From assembly GCA_027008775.1 (NCBI GenBank), contig JALVDV010000003.1, positions 12,340 to 76,339 on the forward strand: 64,000 nucleotides of DNA, in the 5' to 3' direction. The notes under the pieces are model-generated. The model had not been told where the DNA came from, ran no database searches, and saw only the letters and a list, made by a program, of their open reading frames with translations. A program made the translations under genes and the position numbers. Origin of the DNA: Candidatus Moraniibacteriota bacterium (GTDB taxonomy: Bacteria > Patescibacteriota > Minisyncoccia > Moranbacterales > DUUL01). Below, one piece after another: positions 29,678 to 39,737 of the stretch (the first letter of the stretch is position 1; each line of letters starts with the position of its first letter).

Positions 29678-29746
29678 CCAACATTATAATATTATGATAT
29701 AATATTGTCAAGTCTTTAAATCACCGTAAAAATTGAGTAAAACTTT

Positions 29747-31552
29747 ATGTCAAAAAAAGAAAAAGGGGTAGAAAAAATAAATATTAAACGGCATTCTCTA
29801 GCCCATATTTTGGCCATGGCTGTTTTGGAAATGTTCCCGGAAGCCAAACTGGGAATCGGACCGGCTACCGAAAATGGTTTTTACTACGACTTTGCTTTGC
29901 CCCGCACTCTCATTCCGGAAGATTTGGAAATTTTGGAAGAAAAAATGAAAAAAATCATTTCCAAAAATTACGAATTTCAAATGAAAGAAGTTCCCATCCG
30001 GGAAGCCCGACAGCATTTTCAAGAAGCCAATCAACCTCTGAAAGTGGAACTGATCAATGACTTGGAAAATGAAGGTAAAAAAATGGTTAGCATCTATAAA
30101 TCGGGACCATTGGTTGACCTCTGCAAGGGTCCTCACTTGGAATCAACCGGAGAAATTGGTCCTCAATCATTCAAACTTACTAAAATTTCCGGCGCCTACT
30201 GGAAAAATGATGAAAACAATCAACAACTACAAAGAATCTATGGCGTGGCTTTTAGTGATAAAAAAGAATTAAAAAAATACTTACAACAACTGGAAGAAGC
30301 AAAAAAAAGAGACCATCGCAAACTCGGTAAGGAATTAAATTTATTCACCATCAACCCCAACGTTGGCGCCGGTCTGCCACTCTGGAAACCAAAGGGAGCC
30401 ATCATTCTCAACACTTTGAAACGCTGGTTTGAAGACGAACAATTAAAAAGAGGCTACCTGCCGGTCATCACTCCCCATATTGGCAAAAAAAATCTTTGGG
30501 AAATTTCCGGACACTGGAACTTCTACAATAACTCTATGTTCCCCCCCATGGAACTGGGACAAACACTGGAAGACTGGCAGGATCAAAGAAAGGCGAAAGA
30601 AAGCGAGATTTATTTGCTCAAGCCGATGAATTGCCCTTTCCACGTCACTATTTATCAAGACGACAAACACTCTTATCGCGAACTACCGCTGAAGTATTAT
30701 GAATTTGGCACCGTTTATCGCTACGAAAAAAAAGGAGAACTGGGCGGTTTGACCAGGGTACGTGGTTTTACTCAAGACGATGCCCATATTATTTGCCGTA
30801 AAGAACAACTGGCTGAAGAAATGAAAAAAATCATTGATTTTGCCCAGTTCGTCTTGGAAAAAACTTTTGATTTTAAACTAAAAATCTACGCTTCTTTCCG
30901 GGACAAAAAAAGCAATAAATACTTGGGAAATGATGAGCAATGGGATGTTGCCGAAAAAACAATTCGCGACGTTTTGCAAGAAAAAAAATTGGATTATATT
31001 AAAGAAATTGGCGAAGCCGCTTTTTACGGACCAAAAATTGATTTCAAAGTTCAAGACGCCATCGGACGCTATTGGCAACTGTCAACCATTCAATTTGATT
31101 TCAACTTGCCGGAAAGATTTAAAATGACCTACATAGACAAAAAAGGCGCAGAACAACGACCATTTATTATCCACCGCGCTCTTCTGGGATCTCTGGAAAG
31201 ATTTATGGGCTTACTGATTGAACACTATGCCGGAGCATTTCCTTTTTGGTTAGCGCCGGTACAAATAGCTATTCTACCGGTATCGGAAAAATTTCAAACT
31301 TATTCCGACAAAGTGTTTAAAATTCTTAAAGATGAAGGCTTTCGCGTTGAATTGTATGATCAAGATGAAAGCTTGGGCAAAAGAATCGCCCTGGCCTCCC
31401 GAGAGAAAATTCCTTATCTGATTATCCTGGGAGAAAAAGAAGAAAAAGAAAAAACGGTCACTGTCCGTCAAAGAGGCACGAAAAAACAAGCACGACTGGA
31501 AATTGAAAACTTTTTAGAAAAAATTAAAAAAGAAAACCGAGGAAAAAACTAG
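29747..31552 (+). CDS. thrS: threonine--tRNA ligase
   Basis: RHSLAH, DLCKGPH, RDHRKLG, KPMNCP, RVRGFTQDDAH. Confidence 0.97.
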   Translation: MSKKEKGVEKINIKRHSLAHILAMAVLEMFPEAKLGIGPATENGFYYDFALPRTLIPEDLEILEEKMKKIISKNYEFQMKEVPIREARQHFQEANQPLKVELINDLENEGKKMVSIYKSGPLVDLCKGPHLESTGEIGPQSFKLTKISGAYWKNDENNQQLQRIYGVAFSDKKELKKYLQQLEEAKKRDHRKLGKELNLFTINPNVGAGLPLWKPKGAIILNTLKRWFEDEQLKRGYLPVITPHIGKKNLWEISGHWNFYNNSMFPPMELGQTLEDWQDQRKAKESEIYLLKPMNCPFHVTIYQDDKHSYRELPLKYYEFGTVYRYEKKGELGGLTRVRGFTQDDAHIICRKEQLAEEMKKIIDFAQFVLEKTFDFKLKIYASFRDKKSNKYLGNDEQWDVAEKTIRDVLQEKKLDYIKEIGEAAFYGPKIDFKVQDAIGRYWQLSTIQFDFNLPERFKMTYIDKKGAEQRPFIIHRALLGSLERFMGLLIEHYAGAFPFWLAPVQIAILPVSEKFQTYSDKVFKILKDEGFRVELYDQDESLGKRIALASREKIPYLIILGEKEEKEKTVTVRQRGTKKQARLEIENFLEKIKKENRGKN

Positions 31553-33038
31553 TACAAATCAACTCCCTGGTAAAAAAGCCCCGTTTTCATTAATTCCAGA
31601 ACTCTCTTCTTTACCACAAATCGTGGCAATTGTTTCTTTGGTAAAACCACCTTGGCGAGAATAGTTTGTAGAAAGTGTTCCTTGATGGTGTCAAAACCCA
31701 AACCGGACCTAATGGCCGCTTCCTGCACAACAACATCCAGATAATCCTCCGTAAACGAGCCCAAATTTCGTGTGGTAACAGCCAGCTTCTTTTTGGCTTC
31801 GTAAATATTATGATTGGAAAATTTATCCTCATTACTATTGCCGGACAGAACAAACTGAACCTCCAACGGCCGACTGACCAATAGAGCTCCTTCCTCCCCT
31901 CGCTTGGGAATTCGTACCTGACCTCCACTTATTTTAACATCTTTATAATTTATATCAGAGTAGGGATTCTCTCTGTCACTAAATATCATCAAATCACTCC
32001 CTTTAGACAAAGTTAAGCCAGCCAACAAATCCCTGTCTTGTAACAAATCATACATCTCCTGAGAAAATAAGCTGAGATTCTCTTTTAAATATTTATCTCT
32101 TCCTCCTTAAACAAACTCGTATTTTTAATCCTAACCGGCGAAGAGGCAAATCGCAAAAACAACTCCCGCAAAACAATTTCCAACAAAAATTTCAACTCCT
32201 CTTTAGAGTTAGCTTCAAATTTTAAACCTAGGCCGTCCTTTATTGCTTCCTCAACCGTCATTTCCGGTTTTAAGAGAAACTTGGTTACAAAACTGTTTCT
32301 GGATTTTCCTCGGTAATAGGAAACTGCTCTTGTCATACCGAGTGACTCCCGACTGGTTAAAAACATTTTCTCCAAAGATACCGCCACAATTTCATCGTAA
32401 CCATCCGGCAATCTCCTAACAAGATGTAAAGTTTGTTCTCCTTCTTCGCCCGGCCTAAAAAGATTTTCATACAAATATCTGGTCTCTTTTAACAAGTGCT
32501 GAAGATCCTTTTGCTCAAACATAAAATTGCCCACCATCGCCTTCAACAACTCACAATAAGCCGGAGCAAAGCCCAAACTGCCTTTTTTACGCAAAGTAGC
32601 CGTCTTCTTGAAAATTTTCAATAAATCATTGGTTCCTTTAATTTGCAACTTCACAATCTCCTTCGGCAATCTCCGCAACAAGTAGTTTTCTATATACTCT
32701 TTTGAAGCCTGCAAAGAACGATCAATTTCTTCAATTCGTTCCCTAACATCATCCACCTCCAAATACGCCGAAACACTTTCCAGAAGCTCTTTATCGGATA
32801 ATCCGCCGGCCATAGAAAAGAAATCAATCGGCGTCACATTAACCCCCTTAATGTTCAAGCCACCCAACTTCAACGCTCGCATAAACTGATGCTTATCCAC
32901 CGCCTGACGATACAATGTTGTTAAAACTTTGGCCCAACGCTGATAAGGCAATGGCTCTATCTTCTGTTTTTGGTCACCAACCCCAATTGTCACATCATTG
33001 TTATTAAAATTTTCTTTCTTCATAAACAAGCTAATCAA
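31549..33038 (-). pseudogene. RelA/SpoT-like nucleotidyltransferase (TIGR04552-like) split by a 1-nt frameshift near 32088
   Basis: KSRNSFVTKFLLK, DGLGLKF, NPYSDINYKDVK, LEVQF, NHNIYEAK; adding one T joins the two ORFs. Confidence 0.5.
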
Positions 33039-33102
33039 TATTTGACTTTTGTTTCATTATACCATACCCTGGCAAAGAGAATAAAATCTCATCAACAACA
33101 AA

Positions 33103-34254
33103 ATGAAATACGTCATCAAAACTTTTGGATGTCAGATGAACTTTTCCGATAGTGAACGGATTATGACCCTTATGAAAGAAAATGGCTTCAATCCTCTGGA
33201 CAACAGCAACGATTCTAAATTAAAAACTGAAGAAATTATCAAAGCCGATCTGATAATTTTCAACACCTGTGGAGTCCGCGCCAGTTCCGAACATCGTGTC
33301 TTTGGACAAATAAATAACATTATTAAAGCCTCAGAATCCGCAAATATCCCAAAAAACAAACGCCCTAAAATTATTGTTACCGGCTGTTCCGCCCATCGCG
33401 CTGATTTTCAAAAGACTTTACAAGACAAGGTTGATTTATTCACTTCTATCAAAGATTTTCCCCAAGCCCTGCGAAAACTTAATCTCCTACAAACAGAAGA
33501 ACAAGAATACAGGGATTATTTATCAATTCAGCCTCAATACAAATACAGCGACACGGCTTTCGTGCCTATTATGACCGGTTGTAACAATTTTTGTTCCTAC
33601 TGCGTTGTCCCCTACGCCAGAGGGCGAGAATGGTCCAGGCCGGTAGAAGATATTCTAAAAGAAATTAAAAATTTAGCTGACAAAAATTACAAAGAGGTAA
33701 CCCTGCTTGGGCAAAATGTTAATAGTTATCAGTTCACAGTTCACGGTTCACAACCAAAAGAAATTACCTTTCCTATGCTTTTGGATATTTTAGCGAAGCA
33801 ATTTCCGGAAATTACTTTTAAATTTTTGACTTCACATCCCAAAGATTGCTCAATGAACTTGATCAAGGTAATCAAAAATAATAAAAACATTCCCAATGAA
33901 TTACACTTACCAATCCAAGCCGGCAGTGACAAAGTTTTAAAAGATATGAATCGTCCTTACACCCAAGAATACTATCTAAATTTAATCAATAAAATCAGAA
34001 AAGAAATTCCCAAAATAAAAATAACCACCGATGTTATCATCGGCTTCCCCACCGAAACAGATGAAGATTTTCAAGAAACCGTTAAAGTGTTCCGACAGGT
34101 GAAATTCGCCGAAGCTTTTCTGAACAAATACTCTCCCCGTCCCGGGACGGCCGCCTACCACCTGGGCGATCCGGTTCCTTGGTCGGTTAAAAAAAAGAGA
34201 GAAAAGGAACTCTCACAACTACTGCAACAAAATAACCACCAATCTTCTCGCTAA
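33103..34254 (+). CDS. miaB: MiaB-type tRNA methylthiotransferase, TRAM domain apparently absent
   Basis: TFGCQMN, NTC, GCNNFCSYC, LLGQNVN, YSPRPGT. Confidence 0.88.
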   Translation: MKYVIKTFGCQMNFSDSERIMTLMKENGFNPLDNSNDSKLKTEEIIKADLIIFNTCGVRASSEHRVFGQINNIIKASESANIPKNKRPKIIVTGCSAHRADFQKTLQDKVDLFTSIKDFPQALRKLNLLQTEEQEYRDYLSIQPQYKYSDTAFVPIMTGCNNFCSYCVVPYARGREWSRPVEDILKEIKNLADKNYKEVTLLGQNVNSYQFTVHGSQPKEITFPMLLDILAKQFPEITFKFLTSHPKDCSMNLIKVIKNNKNIPNELHLPIQAGSDKVLKDMNRPYTQEYYLNLINKIRKEIPKIKITTDVIIGFPTETDEDFQETVKVFRQVKFAEAFLNKYSPRPGTAAYHLGDPVPWSVKKKREKELSQLLQQNNHQSSR

Positions 34255-34271
34255 AAACAGAAAAACGCAAG

Positions 34272-34304
34272 AAGCAAAAACGGGGCTACGCCCCGTTTTT
34301 GCTT
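34272..34304. terminator. bidirectional terminator between miaB and the YqeY gene
   Basis: AAGCAAAAACGGGGC-TAC-GCCCCGTTTTTGCTT. Confidence 0.85.
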
Positions 34305-34322
34305 TAAATTCGCCTTAGAACC

Positions 34323-34778
34323 CTATTTAGACAAAAGTTTGCTAGCTATCTCTTTCACCATTGCTCCATCAGCCGATGCCCCCAACTCCTTCATAGCCAC
34401 ACCCATCACTTTCCCCAAGTCAGCCGGGGATTGCGCTCCAACTTTTTCAATAATCTCTCTCAACTTTTCCTCCACTTCTTCTTCCGACATCTGTTCCGGT
34501 AAATATTTCTCTAACACAGCCAATTCCGCTTCTTCTTGCTCGGCCATTTCCTGATTGCCACCTTCTTTGAATTGTTCAATGGAGTCTCTTCTCTGCTTAA
34601 CCATCTTTTTTATCACCTTTATCACTTCTTCATCTGAAAGACCTTTCTCCCGAGCGCCCGACTCTATCTCCGCATTGGCAATCTCTGATTTTAGCATAGA
34701 CAAAACACTCTTGGCCAAGGCATCTTTGTTTTTAAAAGCCTCTTTAAAATCATTCAAAATTCTTTCCTTTAAACTCAT
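34323..34778 (-). CDS. GatB/YqeY domain protein
   Basis: KQRRDSIEQF, YLPEQMS, LGKVMG. Confidence 0.92.
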   Translation of the reverse strand: MSLKERILNDFKEAFKNKDALAKSVLSMLKSEIANAEIESGAREKGLSDEEVIKVIKKMVKQRRDSIEQFKEGGNQEMAEQEEAELAVLEKYLPEQMSEEEVEEKLREIIEKVGAQSPADLGKVMGVAMKELGASADGAMVKEIASKLLSK

Positions 34779-34842
34779 TACTATTTTTTAAATTATTAAT
34801 TTTTGTTTTCTCGCCAATTTCTCGCCAAATTGTCTAAACCAA

Positions 34843-35097
34843 CTACAACTTGATATTTTTTTTAATATCTCGCAGTTTTTCCTCGGTAAAAATACCCATT
34901 CGTTTCAAACGATCAGCCTCTTTGCCAACTTTAACCCTGTACAAAGCATTTTGCTTCAAGACTCTTTTACTCTTTTTCTTGGTAAAAAATCTCTGATTTC
35001 TAACTTTTGGCAAAACTTTGCTTTGTTGAATAGCCCTGGTAAACCGCCTGATAAGGCTTTCCGAGGTTTCATTATCTTTTTTTCTTACTTCTACCAT
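34843..35097 (-). CDS. rpsU: 30S ribosomal protein S21
   Basis: VEVRKKDNET.ESLIRRF; hinT-rpsU-yqeY synteny. Confidence 0.85.
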   Translation of the reverse strand: MVEVRKKDNETSESLIRRFTRAIQQSKVLPKVRNQRFFTKKKSKRVLKQNALYRVKVGKEADRLKRMGIFTEEKLRDIKKNIKL

Positions 35098-35184
35098 AAT
35101 CTACCTCCTTTCTCTAAATTTAAAAACTTAAAATCCATAAACAATTTACCAACCGGAAAATCGTAACACAGTTCAAAGAAAAAA

Positions 35185-35562
35185 TCAAGCTCCCGCCAAA
35201 CCAATTTCCTCTTTTAACTGACCACCTCCTATCAAATGTAAATGAATATGTGGAACCTCCTGTTGCCCGTGCTTATTTACTCTAAATAATAATTTGTATC
35301 CGTCCTCAGCTATTCCTTTTTCCCGAGCTATTTTTTTAGCCACCAAAATCAAGTGTCCGGCCAATCGCTCTCCTTTTTCTCCCTCCAAATCATTTATCGT
35401 TTCTATATGTTCCTTGGGAATAATCAAGATATGAATCGGCGCCAAAGGCTGAATATCGGGAAAAGCCAACACCGACTCATCTTCATAAACAACTTCCGTT
35501 GGAATTTCTCCGGCAACGATCTTGCAAAAAATACAATCAACATTTTTATTTTCGCCAGACAT
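35185..35562 (-). CDS. HIT family nucleotide-binding protein
   Basis: CIFCKI, QEVPHIHLHLIGG. Confidence 0.95.
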   Translation of the reverse strand: MSGENKNVDCIFCKIVAGEIPTEVVYEDESVLAFPDIQPLAPIHILIIPKEHIETINDLEGEKGERLAGHLILVAKKIAREKGIAEDGYKLLFRVNKHGQQEVPHIHLHLIGGGQLKEEIGLAGA

Positions 35563-35582
35563 AGAACATATTCAAATAATTA

Positions 35583-36950
35583 TTACTTCTTTCTCCTCGT
35601 TTTTTTCTCGTGCTTCTTTAGTAACTCCGCGTTTTTCTTCAAGCGTTTTTTTACTTCCTTTATTATTTTATCAGCCGGCAAAACTTCTTGACCGCCACTG
35701 TTCATATCCTTTAAAATTACTGAGCCGTCTAAAGCCTCCCTCTGCCCGATAATTAAAACTATTTCCGCCTTTATCTTATTGGCTTGTCGCAACTGTGTTC
35801 GCAAATTCCCTCGTCCAAAACTTTCCGCCACCATTATTCCCGCTCTTTCCAGTTCCTCAAAAATCTTCAAACTTTTTTTCTTGGCCAAATCTCCCAACTG
35901 CGCCAAATAAATTTTCGGAGACTGCTCCGCTTGAGGCAACAAATTATTTTCCTTCATCAAATTGACAATCCGATCCATTCCACAGGCAAAACCAACCGCC
36001 GGTGTGGCCGGACCACCCAAAACTTCCACCAAATAGTCATAACGACCGCCTCCGCCCAAAGCAGATTGACGACCCTCATCATCCTCCGCAAAAAACTCAA
36101 AAACTGTCTTAGTGTAATAATCCAAACCTCTAACCAACTGCGGTTTCAACAAGTAGGGCACTTCAATTTCATCCAAATATTCTAACAAAGAAGTGAAATG
36201 TTTCTTGCAACTGGAACACAAATGGTCAACTGTCTGCGGAGCCTGCCTAACCACCTGCATACACTTTTCTTCCTTGCAATCCAAAATTCTCAAAGGATTA
36301 GTCTTCAGTCTCCGTTTGCAATCCATACACAAAGATTTTTTTCGGTTTTTCAAATAACTTATTAAAAGTTTATTATAACTCGGACGACATTCTTCACAAC
36401 CAATACTGTTTAGGTGCAAACTAACGTTTTTAATCTTCAGACTTTTAAAAATTCTCATAGCCATTTGAATCATCTGAGCATCCAGAATAGCATCCTTCTC
36501 TCCGATAGCCTCAAAGCCAAACTGAAAAAATTCTCGGTAACGACCTTCCTGCGGACGATCATATCTAAACATTGGCCCCCGGTAAAACAGCTTTACCGGT
36601 TTAGGTTGAGAATTCATTCCGTGTTGCAAGTAAGCCCTGATAACCGAAGGGGTTCCCTCCGGGCGCAAACAAACATTCTCGCCGCCCTTGGTTTTAAATT
36701 TAAACATTTCCTTGTCAACAATATCAGTATCCTTACCTGTTCCTCTTTCAAACAATTCAACGTTTTCCACTATCGGAAATTCCAAACGGTTATAATTGTA
36801 ATCGGCAGCCACCTTATCAACCACCTTTTTTAATTTTTGCCAATAAGGTTGCTCCACCGGTAAAATATCTCGCATCCCCCTAACCGTTTGTAAGCGCTGT
36901 TTTTTTCTTTTCGATTGTCCGCTTGTTTTTTTCAATGGTTTTCTTCCCAT
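35583..36950 (-). CDS. hisS: histidine--tRNA ligase
   Basis: RGMRD, LRPEGT, RPQEGRYREF, LVRGLDYY, GGGRYD. Confidence 0.97.
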   Translation of the reverse strand: MGRKPLKKTSGQSKRKKQRLQTVRGMRDILPVEQPYWQKLKKVVDKVAADYNYNRLEFPIVENVELFERGTGKDTDIVDKEMFKFKTKGGENVCLRPEGTPSVIRAYLQHGMNSQPKPVKLFYRGPMFRYDRPQEGRYREFFQFGFEAIGEKDAILDAQMIQMAMRIFKSLKIKNVSLHLNSIGCEECRPSYNKLLISYLKNRKKSLCMDCKRRLKTNPLRILDCKEEKCMQVVRQAPQTVDHLCSSCKKHFTSLLEYLDEIEVPYLLKPQLVRGLDYYTKTVFEFFAEDDEGRQSALGGGGRYDYLVEVLGGPATPAVGFACGMDRIVNLMKENNLLPQAEQSPKIYLAQLGDLAKKKSLKIFEELERAGIMVAESFGRGNLRTQLRQANKIKAEIVLIIGQREALDGSVILKDMNSGGQEVLPADKIIKEVKKRLKKNAELLKKHEKKTRRKK

Positions 36951-36956
36951 AAGCAA

Positions 36957-37583
36957 TTATTTAAAAATACTAAAATCCGCCAAAGGCCAAGCTCGTAAAG
37001 CAACTTTCCCGATAATGAGATCCTTTTTCAGAGGTCCCCAGTACCTGGAATCACTACTATTGACTCTATTGTCCCCCAAAACAAAATACTCATCATCTTT
37101 TAAACGCACGTTTCTGCTTGGAACAGTCTTGGTTCCGGGTGGCAAATAAGAACTTTCGTCCAAAATAAAACCCTGGGGAGTTTCCCGGTTGTAAATCATC
37201 ACTCTGCCACCGGAAATAACCACTCTTTCTCCCGGTAAACCGATAATCCTCTTAATAAAAAACTGCTTTTGATTGCGAGGATTTTTGAAAACCACTACCT
37301 CGCCTCTTTTTAATTTTTCAAACGGTTTCACCGTGAATATTTTTTTGGAGCCAGCCGCTATAGCGGTTGTTTTGTAACCCAATTCCTTCACAATCAAATA
37401 ATCGCCGTCATGAAAAGTCGGCTCCATAGAATAACCCTGAACAAAAAAGGGCTGAATTACAAACATTTTTACCGGCAAAACTATCAAGAGAGCCAGGAGA
37501 ATAGTTTTAAAAAGTTCTACAAAAAAATTTATTCCTCTCTCTTGGGGGTCAAATTTTTCATTTTTCTTTTGCGCCCGTACCAT
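36957..37583 (-). CDS. lepB: signal peptidase I
   Basis: SMEPT, FIKRIIGLPG, GDNR..S.DSR. Confidence 0.95.
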   Translation of the reverse strand: MVRAQKKNEKFDPQERGINFFVELFKTILLALLIVLPVKMFVIQPFFVQGYSMEPTFHDGDYLIVKELGYKTTAIAAGSKKIFTVKPFEKLKRGEVVVFKNPRNQKQFFIKRIIGLPGERVVISGGRVMIYNRETPQGFILDESSYLPPGTKTVPSRNVRLKDDEYFVLGDNRVNSSDSRYWGPLKKDLIIGKVALRAWPLADFSIFK

Positions 37584-37746
37584 AAAAATAAGCCTAAAGA
37601 ATCAAAAACGTTTTTTCAGCTTTAATCAAGTAGTCAATCGCTAAAACCATCCTTAACTAAAAAAATAAAGTAAAACATCATTCCAAATATACCTAAAAAA
37701 GCGCGCTTTGTCAAACAAAGCGCGCTTTCTTTTCCGTTCAAAATCC

Positions 37747-38340
37747 CTATTCCAAAATACCGTCTAGATTAACATCATAAAGTATTTTCTCGTTTACCAA
37801 GGAATACTCAAAAATTTCCTCCGGGTTGAACCAGTGTTTTATTTCCGCCTTCGCCTCCTCCGGACTACCGGAAGCGTGAATTAAATTTCGCACCGAACGC
37901 CCATCTTTGTCAGCCAGTTCGTACGAATCTAGAACATAGTCACCTCTGATTGTTCCCACATCACTGGTCAAAGGCTCTGTTCCACCCACCAATTTCCGCA
38001 CAATGCCCACAGCATTTTCTCCTTCCCAAATCATAGCTATTACCGGACCGCTGGTCATATAACGCTTCAAGTTTTCCAGGATAGTTGCCGAAACTTCCAA
38101 AGGATCTTCCGAAGGTGGCTCCAAACCTTTGGCCTTGTAGCTCTCAATAGTCTTCTTTCCGGTTACTTCTCGCCAGGAAGGATCCAAAGTATAATGTTTT
38201 TCAATGTGATCTTCGTCCACAATCATCATTTTGTTGGCCACCATTTTTAAACCAACATTTTCAAAGCGTCTGGTAATTTCCCCTATCAAAGAACGCTGCA
38301 CACCATCAGGCTTAATAACCACCAATGTTCTTTCTTTCAT
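37747..38340 (-). CDS. ndk: nucleoside-diphosphate kinase
   Basis: ERTLVVIKPDGV, GTIRGD, NLIHAS. Confidence 0.95.
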   Translation of the reverse strand: MKERTLVVIKPDGVQRSLIGEITRRFENVGLKMVANKMMIVDEDHIEKHYTLDPSWREVTGKKTIESYKAKGLEPPSEDPLEVSATILENLKRYMTSGPVIAMIWEGENAVGIVRKLVGGTEPLTSDVGTIRGDYVLDSYELADKDGRSVRNLIHASGSPEEAKAEIKHWFNPEEIFEYSLVNEKILYDVNLDGILE

Positions 38341-38421
38341 ATTTTTTTACTTAATAAATTAATTGTTCAACAAGCCAAAACTTCCGTCAAAATAATGAGC
38401 CCTAACTAAATTATAACAAAA

Positions 38422-38778
38422 TCAATTCTTTGTCCAATATTTCCCCAGAGAAATAGAAATAAGAAGTAAGGTAAACAGATAAATCAATGACCAAAAAAGT
38501 GATTTTTCCCCTATCACCAGTAAAAACATCGCCCCAAAAAGAATTACCAGCAACCAAGTCAATCCATTAAAATTTTTGTAATTAATATTCAACCGCCAAT
38601 TAAAAATTAAAAACAAAGACAACAAAAATACCACCAACCAAAACAAAACCTTAACATCAAGATTATTAAGCATCAAACCGGGCAACAAAATCTCCAAGCT
38701 CCAGAAAAAGAGAAAATCAAAAACCAAAACTATAGACAATTTTAGAAAAAAATCCGCCCAACACTTCTTTGCCGTCAT
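38422..38778 (-). CDS. hypothetical membrane protein
   Basis: Four hydrophobic helices, operonic position. Confidence 0.65.
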   Translation of the reverse strand: MTAKKCWADFFLKLSIVLVFDFLFFWSLEILLPGLMLNNLDVKVLFWLVVFLLSLFLIFNWRLNINYKNFNGLTWLLVILFGAMFLLVIGEKSLFWSLIYLFTLLLISISLGKYWTKN

Positions 38779-38792
38779 CTGAATTTCAAAAC

Positions 38793-39737
38793 TTACTTAT
38801 TAAAATAGTACCCGTAACGCAATAAAAATAGCGTTTTTGCTCTCCGCAAAGTTATTCTTGGCACGCTCCAATCATTCTTTGCGAAAGTGGAAATAACAAT
38901 TTCCAAGTGTTTATTTAAAACTCCCTTGTCAAACTGCAAAATCAAATCTGCCCGCGGAGAAACAAGCTCTTGACGATCCTTAAATATACAAACGAAATCA
39001 CCCGACTCTTGCCGACAATGAAAATCACTCAGTTTTTCCAACATTTTCCTGTCAACCTTTATAACAGAAAAATTGTCAACAACATACTTCCGCAGAATAT
39101 CATTATCTTTATCCAGAGGATATTTAATGTGATTTCCCAACAAATAAATTTGCTCCCCGACTTGCGCAAAAGAATACGGCAAATAAAAAGTGCTTAAGGT
39201 AATATTACTTCCTTTCTTTAATTTGCTTAGAAAATCATTTTTATCCGACCTCACCTTATTCCAGTCAAAACCAAGCTGATCAAAAGTTTCCGCATTGGCA
39301 AAAGCTCTATACTCCCCATCGCCGATAAAATAGACCGCTCTGCCATCACTTAATAAAGTTCCCTTTTCCAGTCCCTCAACCGAATTCAAAGTCAATCTAT
39401 TCTTCAAATCAGACAAAGTTTTTATTTCTTCCCCCTTCTTATAAATAGCCAACTCGTTTTGGTAAATATTTTTCAAAGGCGCGGTCTTTTCTCCGCTTTC
39501 CTTTAAAAACTTCCCTCGTATTTTCACTTTATGAAAAGGATAGCCATATCTCATCTTTATTTTTACAAAATGCTTTCCCTCTATTTCCGCCAGATTTCTC
39601 CGAGTCAATGATTGCCAGGAAACCGTAAAGACAGGATACAAAACCCGATAGGACACAAAAGCAAAAACAGCCAGACCCAACCCTAGAGCTAAACAGAAAT
39701 TTCTCCGCCTCAATTTTTTACTCAAATTATTTTCCAT
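38793..39737 (-). CDS. hypothetical membrane-anchored protein
   Basis: N-terminal TM helix; long ORF overlapping the PrsW gene end. Confidence 0.7.
   Translation of the reverse strand: MENNLSKKLRRRNFCLALGLGLAVFAFVSYRVLYPVFTVSWQSLTRRNLAEIEGKHFVKIKMRYGYPFHKVKIRGKFLKESGEKTAPLKNIYQNELAIYKKGEEIKTLSDLKNRLTLNSVEGLEKGTLLSDGRAVYFIGDGEYRAFANAETFDQLGFDWNKVRSDKNDFLSKLKKGSNITLSTFYLPYSFAQVGEQIYLLGNHIKYPLDKDNDILRKYVVDNFSVIKVDRKMLEKLSDFHCRQESGDFVCIFKDRQELVSPRADLILQFDKGVLNKHLEIVISTFAKNDWSVPRITLRRAKTLFLLRYGYYFNK

Noticed and set aside
32080-32095. Programmed -1 frameshift at TTTAAAA
   Set aside because: The heptamer is not in the X_XXY_YYZ register of the upstream frame and I saw no stimulatory structure; mutation or assembly error is simpler.
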